The notes beneath the pieces were generated by a model, which had not been told where the DNA came from, made no database searches, and saw nothing but the letters and a program-made list of their open reading frames with translations. Position numbers and translations under genes: made by a program. 64,000 nucleotides of DNA from a virus. Lineage: Duplodnaviria > Caudoviricetes. The DNA is taken from positions 1 through 64,000 of the IMG/VR virus record IMGVR_UViG_3300033073_001027; one strand, 5' to 3'. Of the stretch, positions 19,943-29,633 are shown in pieces; positions within the stretch are counted from its first letter, which is position 1, and the number at the start of each line of letters is the position of its first letter.

Positions 19943-21868
19943 TTAAAAGTTTCCATATATTTTCTGCGGATCAATCGGAGTTCCGTTCAATCGCACCTCA
20001 AAGTGTAAGTGCGGCCCAGTAGATCCACCTGTAGAACCACACTTCATAATCGACTGACCTCCCTTGACAGTGTCGCCAACCTTGCATGAATACGATGATA
20101 AATGCATATAAACTGTCATATATCCACCATCATGCTGTATTTTTACAACATTACCACCTGCCCCAGCGGAACCTGCGAAGACAACCTTTCCATCTCTTGC
20201 AGCATAAACAGGAGTTCCAGTTGGACCAGCAAGATCAACACCATTGTGCATTTTCATCTTATGTTGAATTGGATGCATTCTCATACCAAATTTTGAAACC
20301 AGTTTTCCGCTCATGGGTTTTGCCCAACCATTTTTATCGATTGTGGTTGGTGTAGCATTTGAAGAACCAGTATCATTTTCTGGATTATTAGGATTCTCGG
20401 GATCATCCTTTGCCATATTAGGATCTGGTGCACGTTCAATTGACTGGAATGCAGTATGGAATGAATCTTTAGCAATCTCAAGAATCATCTTGTGCGCCAT
20501 CGGCGTAATTTTGTGGTGAATTGCTGTGATCATCCACACACCAGAAAAGAACGGATCCCATAGAGTTTCGTCTGTTTTATCTGCTCCATCACCAACCTTT
20601 GGATACATGAAATTGATCAGTTTGCCAACTTCTGCATCAGTTCTACCAGGAACAGTAATGTGCATTCTCAATCCAGAAATATCCTCAAGGATACTTTGTC
20701 TGGCAGGTAAAAACTTAGAAGGATCATATTCAATTAATTCAGCATCATCTGAAAGGACTTTTTGGTGCACTGTTCTATAAAAATTCTTGGACAATGCAGA
20801 TCTTGTGACATTGGCGGGATATGTCATATTGTCATTCTGCTCGCCATCAAATTTTGCCGTACCATTCTCGATCTTATAATTTTCCATGTGGACATAATCT
20901 GGATAAGAATATCCATAATCCCATGCCCAGTTAGTAAATTCTTTCAAGGATAGATCTAGAACTGTTGTTGTGCTTGCAAACCTACCATTATCTTGACTCT
21001 TCAACAAGTCGATTTGCTCGGGGAATCTGATCTCTTGAACAATATTGAATTGACGAACCAAGTCCGATTTTGGAACTGAAAAACCAGTCTCTTCATTTTC
21101 TCTGGATTCATCAAATGGTTTTTGTAGATACATATATTCCGCAAAGACCATACTTTCGTCTAACTGCGATTTGATTAGGTTGTCAATTGACGTAAAGTAA
21201 AACTGTTTTGTTGTTTCATAAAAAAGAAAACTTGGAGATTTTTGTTTAGAACCAATAGATCTTTTTGCAACATAATTCAAGCAACGGAAAGGAGACCACA
21301 TATTTGCAACAAAAGCAGTCTTTGATTCATGTGGAGTATCTGCGATAGTCATTGGAGTAATATCCTCAGACTCCAATGTCCCATAACAACGTTGCTGTTT
21401 GATATAATCAGTATAGATTTTATCTGCTATTTCATCAGTAGTTCCTTCGAACTTCTTGCTGACTTGTGTTACGTTATCTCCCATACCCTCCAGCGAACAG
21501 AAATATAATGCATATACCTGTTCTCTGTCGCTTGTTAGTGTTCTATTTTTAATCGAGTAGATTGAAAATGATTTCTTAATAGATTCACCGTATGATTCAT
21601 CGAATGTTGGTGTTCTTACCCAAATATTGATGAGTTCGTCACCAACTAATGGCAAACCTGCAAGAAGATCTGCAGAGTCCACAACAATCAAAACCCCATT
21701 CAACGAATTAGAAAAAATATCCTCATAGATATTCAATTCACTGACGAAATTCTTGATGTCTAGGATATCGCCGTTTACACTTTGTATTTCTACGACCTCC
21801 AGGGAAACGTCCCCTGGAGTTGCCAGACCCTTAACTGGATTAGAATTTACAGGTGTTTCATCTGCCAT
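19943..21868 (-). CDS. Baseplate hub protein (gp27-like) with C-terminal M23 peptidase
   Basis: LNIYEDIFSNSLNG, FLFYET and SGVWMITAIHHKI hub-like motifs; C-terminal HNGVDLA...HLS...STGPHLHFE (M23). Confidence 0.8.
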   Translation of the reverse strand: MADETPVNSNPVKGLATPGDVSLEVVEIQSVNGDILDIKNFVSELNIYEDIFSNSLNGVLIVVDSADLLAGLPLVGDELINIWVRTPTFDESYGESIKKSFSIYSIKNRTLTSDREQVYALYFCSLEGMGDNVTQVSKKFEGTTDEIADKIYTDYIKQQRCYGTLESEDITPMTIADTPHESKTAFVANMWSPFRCLNYVAKRSIGSKQKSPSFLFYETTKQFYFTSIDNLIKSQLDESMVFAEYMYLQKPFDESRENEETGFSVPKSDLVRQFNIVQEIRFPEQIDLLKSQDNGRFASTTTVLDLSLKEFTNWAWDYGYSYPDYVHMENYKIENGTAKFDGEQNDNMTYPANVTRSALSKNFYRTVHQKVLSDDAELIEYDPSKFLPARQSILEDISGLRMHITVPGRTDAEVGKLINFMYPKVGDGADKTDETLWDPFFSGVWMITAIHHKITPMAHKMILEIAKDSFHTAFQSIERAPDPNMAKDDPENPNNPENDTGSSNATPTTIDKNGWAKPMSGKLVSKFGMRMHPIQHKMKMHNGVDLAGPTGTPVYAARDGKVVFAGSAGAGGNVVKIQHDGGYMTVYMHLSSYSCKVGDTVKGGQSIMKCGSTGGSTGPHLHFEVRLNGTPIDPQKIYGNF

Positions 21869-21874
21869 TTTCTA

Positions 21875-22402
21875 TCAACTAATCAATTTCTTAAACTCAT
21901 TAATAAACTTACTTAAATATTTTGGCGGAACATATTTAATCTCGCGTTTTGCATCATTAAGTTCTGATTCATATTCCCAATTAGTAACAGGTTCAATGTT
22001 ACCATTTAAATCCTCTGTTTCATCATAGTCAACTATCAATCCTGCAGGAATACCAGCATCTAGATTTTTATCAGTTGTTCTGTAGTGATGGATCGCAGAG
22101 TAAATATTTTCTTCACCATACTTGTCAAGACAATATTTGTATAAATCTCTTTCATCTCTTGGCCATTCTTCGCGAACGTCGACAATGTTATTAACAATCA
22201 ATAAAATCCAGTGATAATCCTCCCTACCATAAATTTTATATGCCAGTAGTTCTGGAGTTTCTCCTTGTTGAATTGCAGTTGTCTCTAGATTATACAGATT
22301 CTTTGTCGCAAAAATAGCAGCAACTCTTCGAAAGATATCTGTTACAATTGAATAATTGCCAAGGAATTTTCCTTGTAAAAGTGGAAATTGATTAAAATAC
22401 AT
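21875..22402 (-). CDS. gp53: Baseplate wedge subunit gp53
   Basis: MYFNQFP...GETPELLAYKIYG...HWILLIVNNI...EWP...NDAKREIK motifs. Confidence 0.92.
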   Translation of the reverse strand: MYFNQFPLLQGKFLGNYSIVTDIFRRVAAIFATKNLYNLETTAIQQGETPELLAYKIYGREDYHWILLIVNNIVDVREEWPRDERDLYKYCLDKYGEENIYSAIHHYRTTDKNLDAGIPAGLIVDYDETEDLNGNIEPVTNWEYESELNDAKREIKYVPPKYLSKFINEFKKLIS

Positions 22403-22403
22403 C

Positions 22404-23486
22404 TTAGAATCCTTGGTAAATTCTTTGCGTTGTTAGAAGTTCCAGTTCGAGGAAATTCAAACGCATCGTAGCATAAGAAGGCATACCATTGGCAAAAGTA
22501 GTAAATCCTTCTGCGCCATAGTCAACGCTCATACTTTGAAGAACGCAACTAGAAATCTTTCTTACGTATTTATTTTCATCTCCATTGAAGTAATAAACAA
22601 TGGAAAACTCTGATGGATAATTAAAGAAGTAACCACTCTTTGATAGTTCTGGGTGCATATGATATGCAAATTTATTGATAATTCCTGAACGTCCAAATAC
22701 TGTTTCTGCTTCTTGTTGATTTTTTGGTGCAAAAACATAATCAAAACTAAAAGTTCTGTTGTCCATAGATTTAAAGAATTGTTCTTTATATGGGTTCTTA
22801 ACAGTCTTGGAAGTAGCAGCAATAACATTTTCCAGGGAGTCTGCGCCAAGTGCTTTAGATAGAAGTCCTCCTGCTCTTGCTGCAAGTTTAATGTTTTCGC
22901 CATTAAGTGGATTCATCGCTCCAAGTAATGATTGATTACCTGCTGCAATAGCACCAACCAATGTTCCGAGTTCGTCTGCTTGCCAGTTGGCACGATAGGA
23001 AGTTGATATTCTTTCACCTATCTGCAGAGCAATACCACCAGCACCCTCTAGGACTTCTTGCTCTCCTGCGATCTGACTCGATATTGCACCACCAAGTCCG
23101 CCAGCAAAAATTTTTCCTGCTACTGTACCCAGTTTACCATCAAGTTTAACGCCGCCAGCATTTTTACCGCCAGATTTTGCCAGTGCTTCACCAATACCCA
23201 GTGCTGCACCGATTCCTGCGCCTGCTGCCGTCGCAGCTGCGCCACCTTTGTCTGGATTTGTTCTGTTTTGTTGAGATTGATCAACTACTGGTGGTTTGCC
23301 GCCATTACGAGCAGTAAGGCTTTTCCCAATTCTAGAATCCTCGCGAACAAGCGGATAAAAAATTATATAATGCGGAGATTGTTCTTCGAGGTCAGCAGGA
23401 TATCTAAGATTCTTGCCATCTATATCGTTTCTGTTGATAAAAGCATCGCGTGCTTTATCAGTTGATGTAAAATCTTTCGAGTCCAC
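22404..23486 (-). CDS. gp48: Baseplate tail-tube cap gp48-like
   Basis: LRYPAD, NPYKEQFFKSMDNRTFSFDYVFAPKN and CVLQSMSVDY motifs. Start reassigned to GTG at 23486, which follows an AAGGA RBS and a late promoter. Confidence 0.8.
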   Translation of the reverse strand: MDSKDFTSTDKARDAFINRNDIDGKNLRYPADLEEQSPHYIIFYPLVREDSRIGKSLTARNGGKPPVVDQSQQNRTNPDKGGAAATAAGAGIGAALGIGEALAKSGGKNAGGVKLDGKLGTVAGKIFAGGLGGAISSQIAGEQEVLEGAGGIALQIGERISTSYRANWQADELGTLVGAIAAGNQSLLGAMNPLNGENIKLAARAGGLLSKALGADSLENVIAATSKTVKNPYKEQFFKSMDNRTFSFDYVFAPKNQQEAETVFGRSGIINKFAYHMHPELSKSGYFFNYPSEFSIVYYFNGDENKYVRKISSCVLQSMSVDYGAEGFTTFANGMPSYATMRLNFLELELLTTQRIYQGF

Positions 23487-23520
23487 GAATAAATATCCTT
23501 GATTGGTATTACTTTCTGTA

Positions 23521-23528
23521 TATTTATA
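23521..23528 (-). promoter_or_regulatory. T4-type late promoter TATAAATA
   Basis: Exact motif upstream of the gp48-gp53-hub-gp5 operon, at the strand switch point. Confidence 0.75.
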
Positions 23529-23971
23529 TGGGTTACGCAAAAGAAACTCTCAAAGGTCGGTATAATATTCAAAAACCCAATAAGTATATTGGGGATCCGA
23601 ACAACATCATATTTCGATCAAGTTGGGAACTGAAGTTTATGAAGTGGTGCGACCAGAATGATCAAGTTGTTGAATGGGGATCAGAAGAATTATTCATTCC
23701 ATATAGATCGCCAGTAGATGGTCGTTTACATCGATACTTTGTAGATTTCTATATAAAAGTCAAGGGGCAAAAGTATCTAATAGAAATAAAACCCGAAAAA
23801 TTTACCAGAGAACCAAAGATTCCAAAAAGAAAAACAAAACAGTTTCTCAACGAAGTAATAACGTGGGGCGTAAACCAAGCAAAGTGGAAAGCAGCAGAAG
23901 AATTCTGTTTAGATAGAAACTGGAAATTTATGATATTAACTGAAAAAGAATTGGGAATCTCGAATAAATAG
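23528..23971 (+). CDS. gp4: Head completion nuclease gp4
   Basis: KYIGDPNNIIFRSSWELKFMKWCD...WGSEE...YFVDF...EIKP...NQAKW motifs. Confidence 0.92.
   Translation: MGYAKETLKGRYNIQKPNKYIGDPNNIIFRSSWELKFMKWCDQNDQVVEWGSEELFIPYRSPVDGRLHRYFVDFYIKVKGQKYLIEIKPEKFTREPKIPKRKTKQFLNEVITWGVNQAKWKAAEEFCLDRNWKFMILTEKELGISNK
23963..23970 (+). promoter_or_regulatory. Late promoter variant AATAAATA
   Basis: One mismatch to TATAAATA, immediately upstream of gp2. Confidence 0.5.
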
Positions 23972-23976
23972 ATTCT

Positions 23977-24552
23977 ATGGCAAATCCGTTCGAAACCCTT
24001 CGCGCAAAAGCAGGTGATGGTCAAAAATCAGTCTGGTGGTATATGCGCAATGTCCAAAAGATAGTCGGCGCAACTAGTGCTACGCCGAATGCGACAATGC
24101 AATCTGATTTAGGTCAGATGAAAAGCAATGTTGAAATCGGTTCCATGTATCTGTATTACTATGATCCTAAGTGGAAAAAAGAATTGCCGTTCTATGATAC
24201 CTTCCCTCTAGTTCTACCATTTGGTCCTGCACCAGGAGGATTTTACGGCATCAATCTTCACTACGCTCCATATATGGTAAGAGCAAAGATTCTTGGAGAG
24301 TTACTAAATTTTGCCTCTTCAAAAACATATAATGACACAACAAAAATTAAAATGTCATATGAGTTGCTAAAGGGATTGAGCAACGCAAATGAAGTTAAAC
24401 CCTGCATCAAGCATTACTTGACTCCTCATGTCAGATCAAGATTTCTCAAGATCAATCCGATCGACTGGAAAACTGTTATATTCTTACCGCTTGAACAGTT
24501 CCAAAAGAAAACAAAAGATGAAGTCTTCAGAGACTCTAGGAGCAAATACTAA
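23977..24552 (+). CDS. gp2: DNA end protector protein gp2
   Basis: YLYYYDPKWKKELPFYDTFPLV...GINLHY...IKHYL motifs. Confidence 0.9.
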   Translation: MANPFETLRAKAGDGQKSVWWYMRNVQKIVGATSATPNATMQSDLGQMKSNVEIGSMYLYYYDPKWKKELPFYDTFPLVLPFGPAPGGFYGINLHYAPYMVRAKILGELLNFASSKTYNDTTKIKMSYELLKGLSNANEVKPCIKHYLTPHVRSRFLKINPIDWKTVIFLPLEQFQKKTKDEVFRDSRSKY

Positions 24553-25250
24553 TGGCGGGTAATGGTTTGAAAGAATTTCTTTCAGAAATCAAAGAAAAAG
24601 ATCTAGCAAGATCGCATCGTTTCGAAGTAATTATTGGAACTCCGACGTGCATGAATGGATTAGAGAATTCTGTAACGAATGCGATTACCAGCATTCCAGG
24701 AGTTCAGGGGGCAACAGAATTCCTAACAGGGCAGAAAAACACTCCTGAAAATACAAATACTAATTATACATCTTTGATGTGCGAAGAAGCAATTTTTCCT
24801 GGACTACTGGCAGGAACAAGACCCTTTAGATATAATAACAGAATAGAACAGCGTGCCACAATGTTAGATTATGGCGGAGATTCTGCAACATTTACATTTC
24901 TCTGTGACAGAAACTGGAAAGTAAAAAAATATTTTGATCAGTGGATGCGAAATATAGTGGACCCACAAACAAGAACAATAAATTATTATGATGATTATGT
25001 AACGCAAATCGAACTCTACGCTTTAGACAATAAAGATCAAATTTCCCAAGCATGGGTTATTGAAGACGCATTTCCAAGATCAATCGCTCCAGTTTCAGTA
25101 GCGTGGAGTAATACTCAATTTGTAAGATTACCTGTGACATTCACATTTAAAACATGGAAAATTAAAGAAACAGTGGCGCAAAGAGCAGAGGGATGGTTCG
25201 CTCGCAGAATCTTTGGAACAACTTCTGCAGATCCAAATGGAATTGGATAA
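24552..25250 (+). CDS. Tail tube initiator/tube-like protein (gp54/gp19 family)
   Basis: ARSHRFEV...CEEAIFPG...TFTFLCD...FDQWM...AFP..I...VTFTF motifs. Confidence 0.75.
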   Translation: MAGNGLKEFLSEIKEKDLARSHRFEVIIGTPTCMNGLENSVTNAITSIPGVQGATEFLTGQKNTPENTNTNYTSLMCEEAIFPGLLAGTRPFRYNNRIEQRATMLDYGGDSATFTFLCDRNWKVKKYFDQWMRNIVDPQTRTINYYDDYVTQIELYALDNKDQISQAWVIEDAFPRSIAPVSVAWSNTQFVRLPVTFTFKTWKIKETVAQRAEGWFARRIFGTTSADPNGIG

Positions 25251-25268
25251 TTATATTAGGAGATTATT

Positions 25269-25949
25269 ATGTTACCTTCGTTGAACACTCCAACATTTTA
25301 TATTGAAATGATTGGGTCAAAAGAAAAAGTAAAATTTAGACCATTTCTGGTTAAGGAAGAAAAATTATTAATCCTTGCATCAGAGTCTGAAGACAGAAAT
25401 GAAATGATGAACGCTATGCAAGAAATTGTTGGCGTATGTAGTTTCGGTAAATTGGATGGTCACTCCCTTCCATTTTTCGAGTTACAGAATATCTTCATCA
25501 AATTACGTTCTCAGTCTATTGGTCAGATTTCAGAATTCAACTTGATTTGCGGGGAATGTGGGCATAGAACTCCATCCTCGTTGGATCTCGATACGATTAA
25601 ACCGACAACATATGATCAACACACAAATAAAATTAAATTGTCTAGTGATCTTGGTGTTATCATGCGGTATCCTACTGCAAAAGATCTTACCGACGAAAAA
25701 ACAACGTTTGATCTTGTTGTTGATTGCATTGAAACAGTATTTACTGAAGATGAATTATATCAAACCAGCGATCTACAACGCAAAGAAGTAGAAACATTTG
25801 TCGATCAATTAACATCAGAGCAGTTTAAAAATATTACAGATTTCTTTTTAACTATGCCTAAAATTGAACACAAGATTGAGTATAATTGTCCAAGTTGCAA
25901 CGTCCACAATATTGTTGTTCTTGATGGCGTAGAAAGTTTTTTCGAGTAA
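25269..25949 (+). CDS. gp26: Baseplate hub assembly protein gp26/gp51 family
   Basis: LPSLNTPTF...KFRPFLVKEEKLLI...LRSQSIG, CxxC pairs, C-terminus GVESFFE. Confidence 0.85.
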   Translation: MLPSLNTPTFYIEMIGSKEKVKFRPFLVKEEKLLILASESEDRNEMMNAMQEIVGVCSFGKLDGHSLPFFELQNIFIKLRSQSIGQISEFNLICGECGHRTPSSLDLDTIKPTTYDQHTNKIKLSSDLGVIMRYPTAKDLTDEKTTFDLVVDCIETVFTEDELYQTSDLQRKEVETFVDQLTSEQFKNITDFFLTMPKIEHKIEYNCPSCNVHNIVVLDGVESFFE

Positions 25950-26125
25950 CCCTTTCTCATGATAATTTGAGGAATCATTATAAGACCAACTTCCTACTCA
26001 TGCAAGAACATAAATATTCGCTGAGTGAGCTTGAAAATATGATTCCTTGGGAAAGGGAAGTTTACGTTGGTCTTTTGGTTATGCATTTGAAAGAAAAGGC
26101 AGATAAACAAAGGCAAGAACAATAA
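25943..26125 (+). CDS. gp51-like small hub-assembly ORF, probably translated as a -1 frameshift extension of gp26
   Basis: Not in the track. The -1 frame is open from 25943: RVTLSHDNLRNHYKTNFLLMQEHKYSLSELENMIPWEREVYVGLLVMHLKEKADKQRQEQ*. Its stop overlaps the next ATG (TAATG). Confidence 0.75.
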   Translation, partial: RVTLSHDNLRNHYKTNFLLMQEHKYSLSELENMIPWEREVYVGLLVMHLKEKADKQRQEQ

Positions 26126-28650
26126 TGGCGGATGAGTCTAAAAATAATTTCGAAAAACTGTTTACCAAAACAAACAAAATCGAAGAAAAGGTCGAACAGG
26201 ATTCGAAAAGCAAAGAGGATTTGTTTGCGCAAATTCGAGACTCATTGCGTTTAGACAAAAACAGACCTGCGGACAAACAAGCAGCAACTAGGATACTGGA
26301 TTCTTTTATTGAATCATTGCAGAAAAACAACAGTGATCTTTTAATTGATCTTGCTGATTCAGATAAGAAATTATTAGAACAGACAATCGATGAGATTTCA
26401 AAACTACAAAACAAAACACTAGAAGAATTTAAAAAGTCTCTTGCTTCAATCAATAAACTAGCAGAAGAACTGTCTAGAAGAGGAGAGAACACGGGATCTG
26501 CTACAATGAAAGATCTCGGCGAAAAATTGAAAGAATCAACTCTCCAAGAAAGATTTAAGGCAGAAGGTCTTACTCTCGAAGGAAAAGATGACACCTTTAA
26601 GAACCGTCTAAAACAAGAACTGTTTGGGAATTCAAAAGAACCTGGAAGAGAAGGCAAACCAACCAGAGGTTTGCGCGAAGGATTCAAGAATTTCGGTTCC
26701 GGATTCATGGCGGGGTTCAAAGAATCCCTTGCACCAAAGGGTGGTTTCATCGATAGAATCGCGACCACACAAGAATCTCGTCGAGAAGATATTCGCAACG
26801 AGGTAAACAGAGCGAATGCATATAATTCAGAAGTTACAAATATTCTAGAAAAAGTAAAAGAAGTCATTCGCGGCAAAAAAGAAGAACCAAAGAAAAAAAC
26901 TGACGAAGAACAAAACACTGATGCAAGAGCATCTGCATCAAATGCTCCTGATATTGAAAACACGTCAAAGGTTGTTGACGGAAAAGTAATCAGCGAAAAT
27001 GCAAACGAATCTGCACAAAATATTGAAGGTGCAACAAAAAGTGTAACGGAGGAGCAAAAGGCAGGCATAACTGATGCCGACCCAAGTTATTCTAGATCTG
27101 CGACGCAAAATTCGCAAAAGGAAGAAGATCGTTGGGATGAATTAATTGATCTTCTGAAAGAAATTAGAGATTGTGTTTGCGAATGCGGTTGCGATGATAA
27201 CAATGAAAGAATTCCAACTCCATCGCCAACACCTGTGTTACCAAAAGTAACAACAGCAGAACCTACAGCAATACCACAGGCAGAATCCAGTGGTTTAGCA
27301 ACAGGTGCAAAGGTGGCGCTTGGCGCTGCTGCTACGGGAGCAGTTGCACTTCTGACTAGAAGACCACAACTCGCAGCAAGAGTCGGTAAATTATTCTCGA
27401 GGTTCGGAAGAACTGCAGTTGCTGCAAAATCAGCAGGAAAACCTCTTGCTCTACCTGCTCCTGCAAGAATGGCAGCAAATGGAGAGAGACTTGCGCTACC
27501 TGCTCCATCCATGGGAAATAGAGCAGGAGTAACTCTAGAAGAACTGGGAGTAAAATCTGCAACAAGAGAAAAAGTTCTGGCAGGCAGACCAACTCCGAAT
27601 ACCTCTGCACAAAAAACTATTGCACAAAGATTCCAAGATGGTGAATTAAGCGCAAGAGAAGCAGCGGCACAACAACGTGTATATAATAGAAATCTTCCTG
27701 CAGAACAGAGAACAAAATTACCATCTACAACAGAATCTATTGCGAAAACGGAAAAGATCACAAATACTCGATTAAATTCAAATTCGAATTTCCTAGAATC
27801 TTCGAGAAGATTAACTCGCGAAGAATATATTGGAAGACTCAAAGCAACTGAATCTGAGAATCAATTACTGCGAAATATAAAAACAGATCAAGCGCAAGCA
27901 AATGCACCTCTGGCAAGAGCAAATGCTTCGGAAGCAAAATTAGCAAGAACCCTAAGAAATTCTACACCAGCAGCAAAACCAGGATTACTATCCAAAGTAG
28001 GTGGTGGTTTAGGTAAGGTTGGTAGAGTTGGTGGTAAACTTCTGGGTCCACTTGGAGCAGCATTAGATTTTGGTTCGAGAAAGGCAGAAGGACAGAGCAC
28101 CACAAAAGCAGCAATCGGAACTGCTGGTGGTTTGGCAGGAGGAATTGCTGGGGCTGAAGCAGGGGCAGCAGGTGGTGCAGCCATTGGAGCATTGTTTGGC
28201 GGAGTCGGCGCAGTTCCTGGTGCAGTGATTGGAGGTATCGTCGGAGGTATCGGAGGAGCATTATTCGGAGGAACGGTAGCAGATAAAGCAACAGATGCAG
28301 TCGGTATGAGAGCTTCTGGTGGCCCAGTATCACCAGCGAGTACATATATTGTTGGCGAGAAGGGACCAGAATTATTCACACCAAATACTGCTGGTTCTAT
28401 AACAAATAATATGAATTCAAGAAATCTGGTAGAGACTGGTCAAAATAATATTTCTAATTCTATCGATCAGATTACAAATGAAGCAAGAGAAAATACTGCT
28501 CCAGTAATTAATGTTCCACCACCAACTGTAATCCCGCAACCAATTCCTACGGGTGGGGGAAGTAATATTGCTTCTTCTCTGCATGCAGATACAGTAAGAA
28601 CTGAAGATAGCAGTTGGCAAAGATTCCAGAATAGAAGAACGTTTGGATAA
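26125..28650 (+). CDS. Tape-measure-like protein/baseplate hub (gp29 position)
   Basis: 841 aa, helical and low-complexity, with a glycine-zipper segment and RASGGPV...YIVGEKGPELFTP motif typical of tape-measure C-termini; follows gp26/gp51. Confidence 0.7.
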   Translation: MADESKNNFEKLFTKTNKIEEKVEQDSKSKEDLFAQIRDSLRLDKNRPADKQAATRILDSFIESLQKNNSDLLIDLADSDKKLLEQTIDEISKLQNKTLEEFKKSLASINKLAEELSRRGENTGSATMKDLGEKLKESTLQERFKAEGLTLEGKDDTFKNRLKQELFGNSKEPGREGKPTRGLREGFKNFGSGFMAGFKESLAPKGGFIDRIATTQESRREDIRNEVNRANAYNSEVTNILEKVKEVIRGKKEEPKKKTDEEQNTDARASASNAPDIENTSKVVDGKVISENANESAQNIEGATKSVTEEQKAGITDADPSYSRSATQNSQKEEDRWDELIDLLKEIRDCVCECGCDDNNERIPTPSPTPVLPKVTTAEPTAIPQAESSGLATGAKVALGAAATGAVALLTRRPQLAARVGKLFSRFGRTAVAAKSAGKPLALPAPARMAANGERLALPAPSMGNRAGVTLEELGVKSATREKVLAGRPTPNTSAQKTIAQRFQDGELSAREAAAQQRVYNRNLPAEQRTKLPSTTESIAKTEKITNTRLNSNSNFLESSRRLTREEYIGRLKATESENQLLRNIKTDQAQANAPLARANASEAKLARTLRNSTPAAKPGLLSKVGGGLGKVGRVGGKLLGPLGAALDFGSRKAEGQSTTKAAIGTAGGLAGGIAGAEAGAAGGAAIGALFGGVGAVPGAVIGGIVGGIGGALFGGTVADKATDAVGMRASGGPVSPASTYIVGEKGPELFTPNTAGSITNNMNSRNLVETGQNNISNSIDQITNEARENTAPVINVPPPTVIPQPIPTGGGSNIASSLHADTVRTEDSSWQRFQNRRTFG

Positions 28651-28685
28651 AAAAAGAGGGGACCGAAATCCCCTCTTTTCTTTTT
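28651..28685. terminator. Bidirectional rho-independent terminator
   Basis: AAAAGAGGGGA-ccgaaa-TCCCCTCTTTT hairpin flanked by A and T tracts between convergent genes. Confidence 0.88.
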
Positions 28686-29604
28686 AGTCGTCAGCGAGAC
28701 TCGAGAAGTAACTCATCGTGTCATCATCATCCTCGTTCCAAGGTGGAGTATCATCAACTGCCTTAGCAGCAGGTGCTGCCTTCATCTTGGTTTCAACGAA
28801 CAGTTCATCCTCAGCATCAAGAGGCGAGACCTTCTCAGCAGTAGCAACACGTGCGCCACCATTAAGAACTGCATTCAACTTCTGCTTGAGTTCGTCATAC
28901 GACTTAAAGTTCGAAGGATCAAGGAATGCAGCAAGCGAATGCTGCTTGTTCCAAATTGCTTCAATTTCAGCATCATCTTCTGACAGAGCAGAAACCGAAT
29001 CAAATTCCGACTTATCGTAGTTACGATAACCTTCGACCTGACGAATGCGCAACTTAAAGTTAGCACCCTGCCAGAAGTCAAACGGATTGATAGGATCTTC
29101 GTCCTCAAAGGTAGGCTGCATCACATCCTTGATCTTATCAAAGATCTTCTTACCATACTTATAGAGGAAGACCTTACCTTCGTTCTCAGGATTCGCGGGA
29201 TCACGAACAACAAGAACGTTCGAGATATACGACAGACGACGCTTCTGCTTACGAGCGATTTCCTTATTCGCTTCAATCCCTGAATTCCAAAGTTCCGAAT
29301 TCAGTTCACCAACAGGATCGGGCTTGTTGATAGTGGTCAGCGAGTTTTCGATATACCACTTACCAGTTGGACCCTGGAACCCATGATCGAAAACACGAAC
29401 CCAAGGGAGTTCTTCACCAGCAGGTGCTGGGAGAAAACGCAGGACTGCCTGACCATTACCTGCCTTATCGACAGTAGGCTTCCAGAAGCGATCATCGTCG
29501 CTCTTCTTGTCATTTGAGGGATTGGCGATTGACTCAACTGCCTTCATGAGTGAGTCGAAGTTTCCGCGATTCTTGCGGAGTTCAGATAGTGAATTAAACG
29601 ACAT
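28684..29604 (-). CDS. gp32: Single-stranded DNA-binding protein gp32
   Basis: DDRFWKPTVDKAGNGQAVLRFLPA...WYIENSLTT...GANFKLRIR..EGYRNYDKSEF, acidic tail. Confidence 0.97.
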   Translation of the reverse strand: MSFNSLSELRKNRGNFDSLMKAVESIANPSNDKKSDDDRFWKPTVDKAGNGQAVLRFLPAPAGEELPWVRVFDHGFQGPTGKWYIENSLTTINKPDPVGELNSELWNSGIEANKEIARKQKRRLSYISNVLVVRDPANPENEGKVFLYKYGKKIFDKIKDVMQPTFEDEDPINPFDFWQGANFKLRIRQVEGYRNYDKSEFDSVSALSEDDAEIEAIWNKQHSLAAFLDPSNFKSYDELKQKLNAVLNGGARVATAEKVSPLDAEDELFVETKMKAAPAAKAVDDTPPWNEDDDDTMSYFSSLADD

Positions 29605-29633
29605 ATATTTTTCCTTTGTATTGCGTTGTATGT

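Noticed and set aside
26079-28379. Long antisense ORFs (329, 251 and 163 aa) opposite the tape-measure-like gene, and similar ones opposite other structural genes
   Set aside because: These are explained by the codon bias of the sense gene; they have no RBS/promoter support or recognisable motifs.
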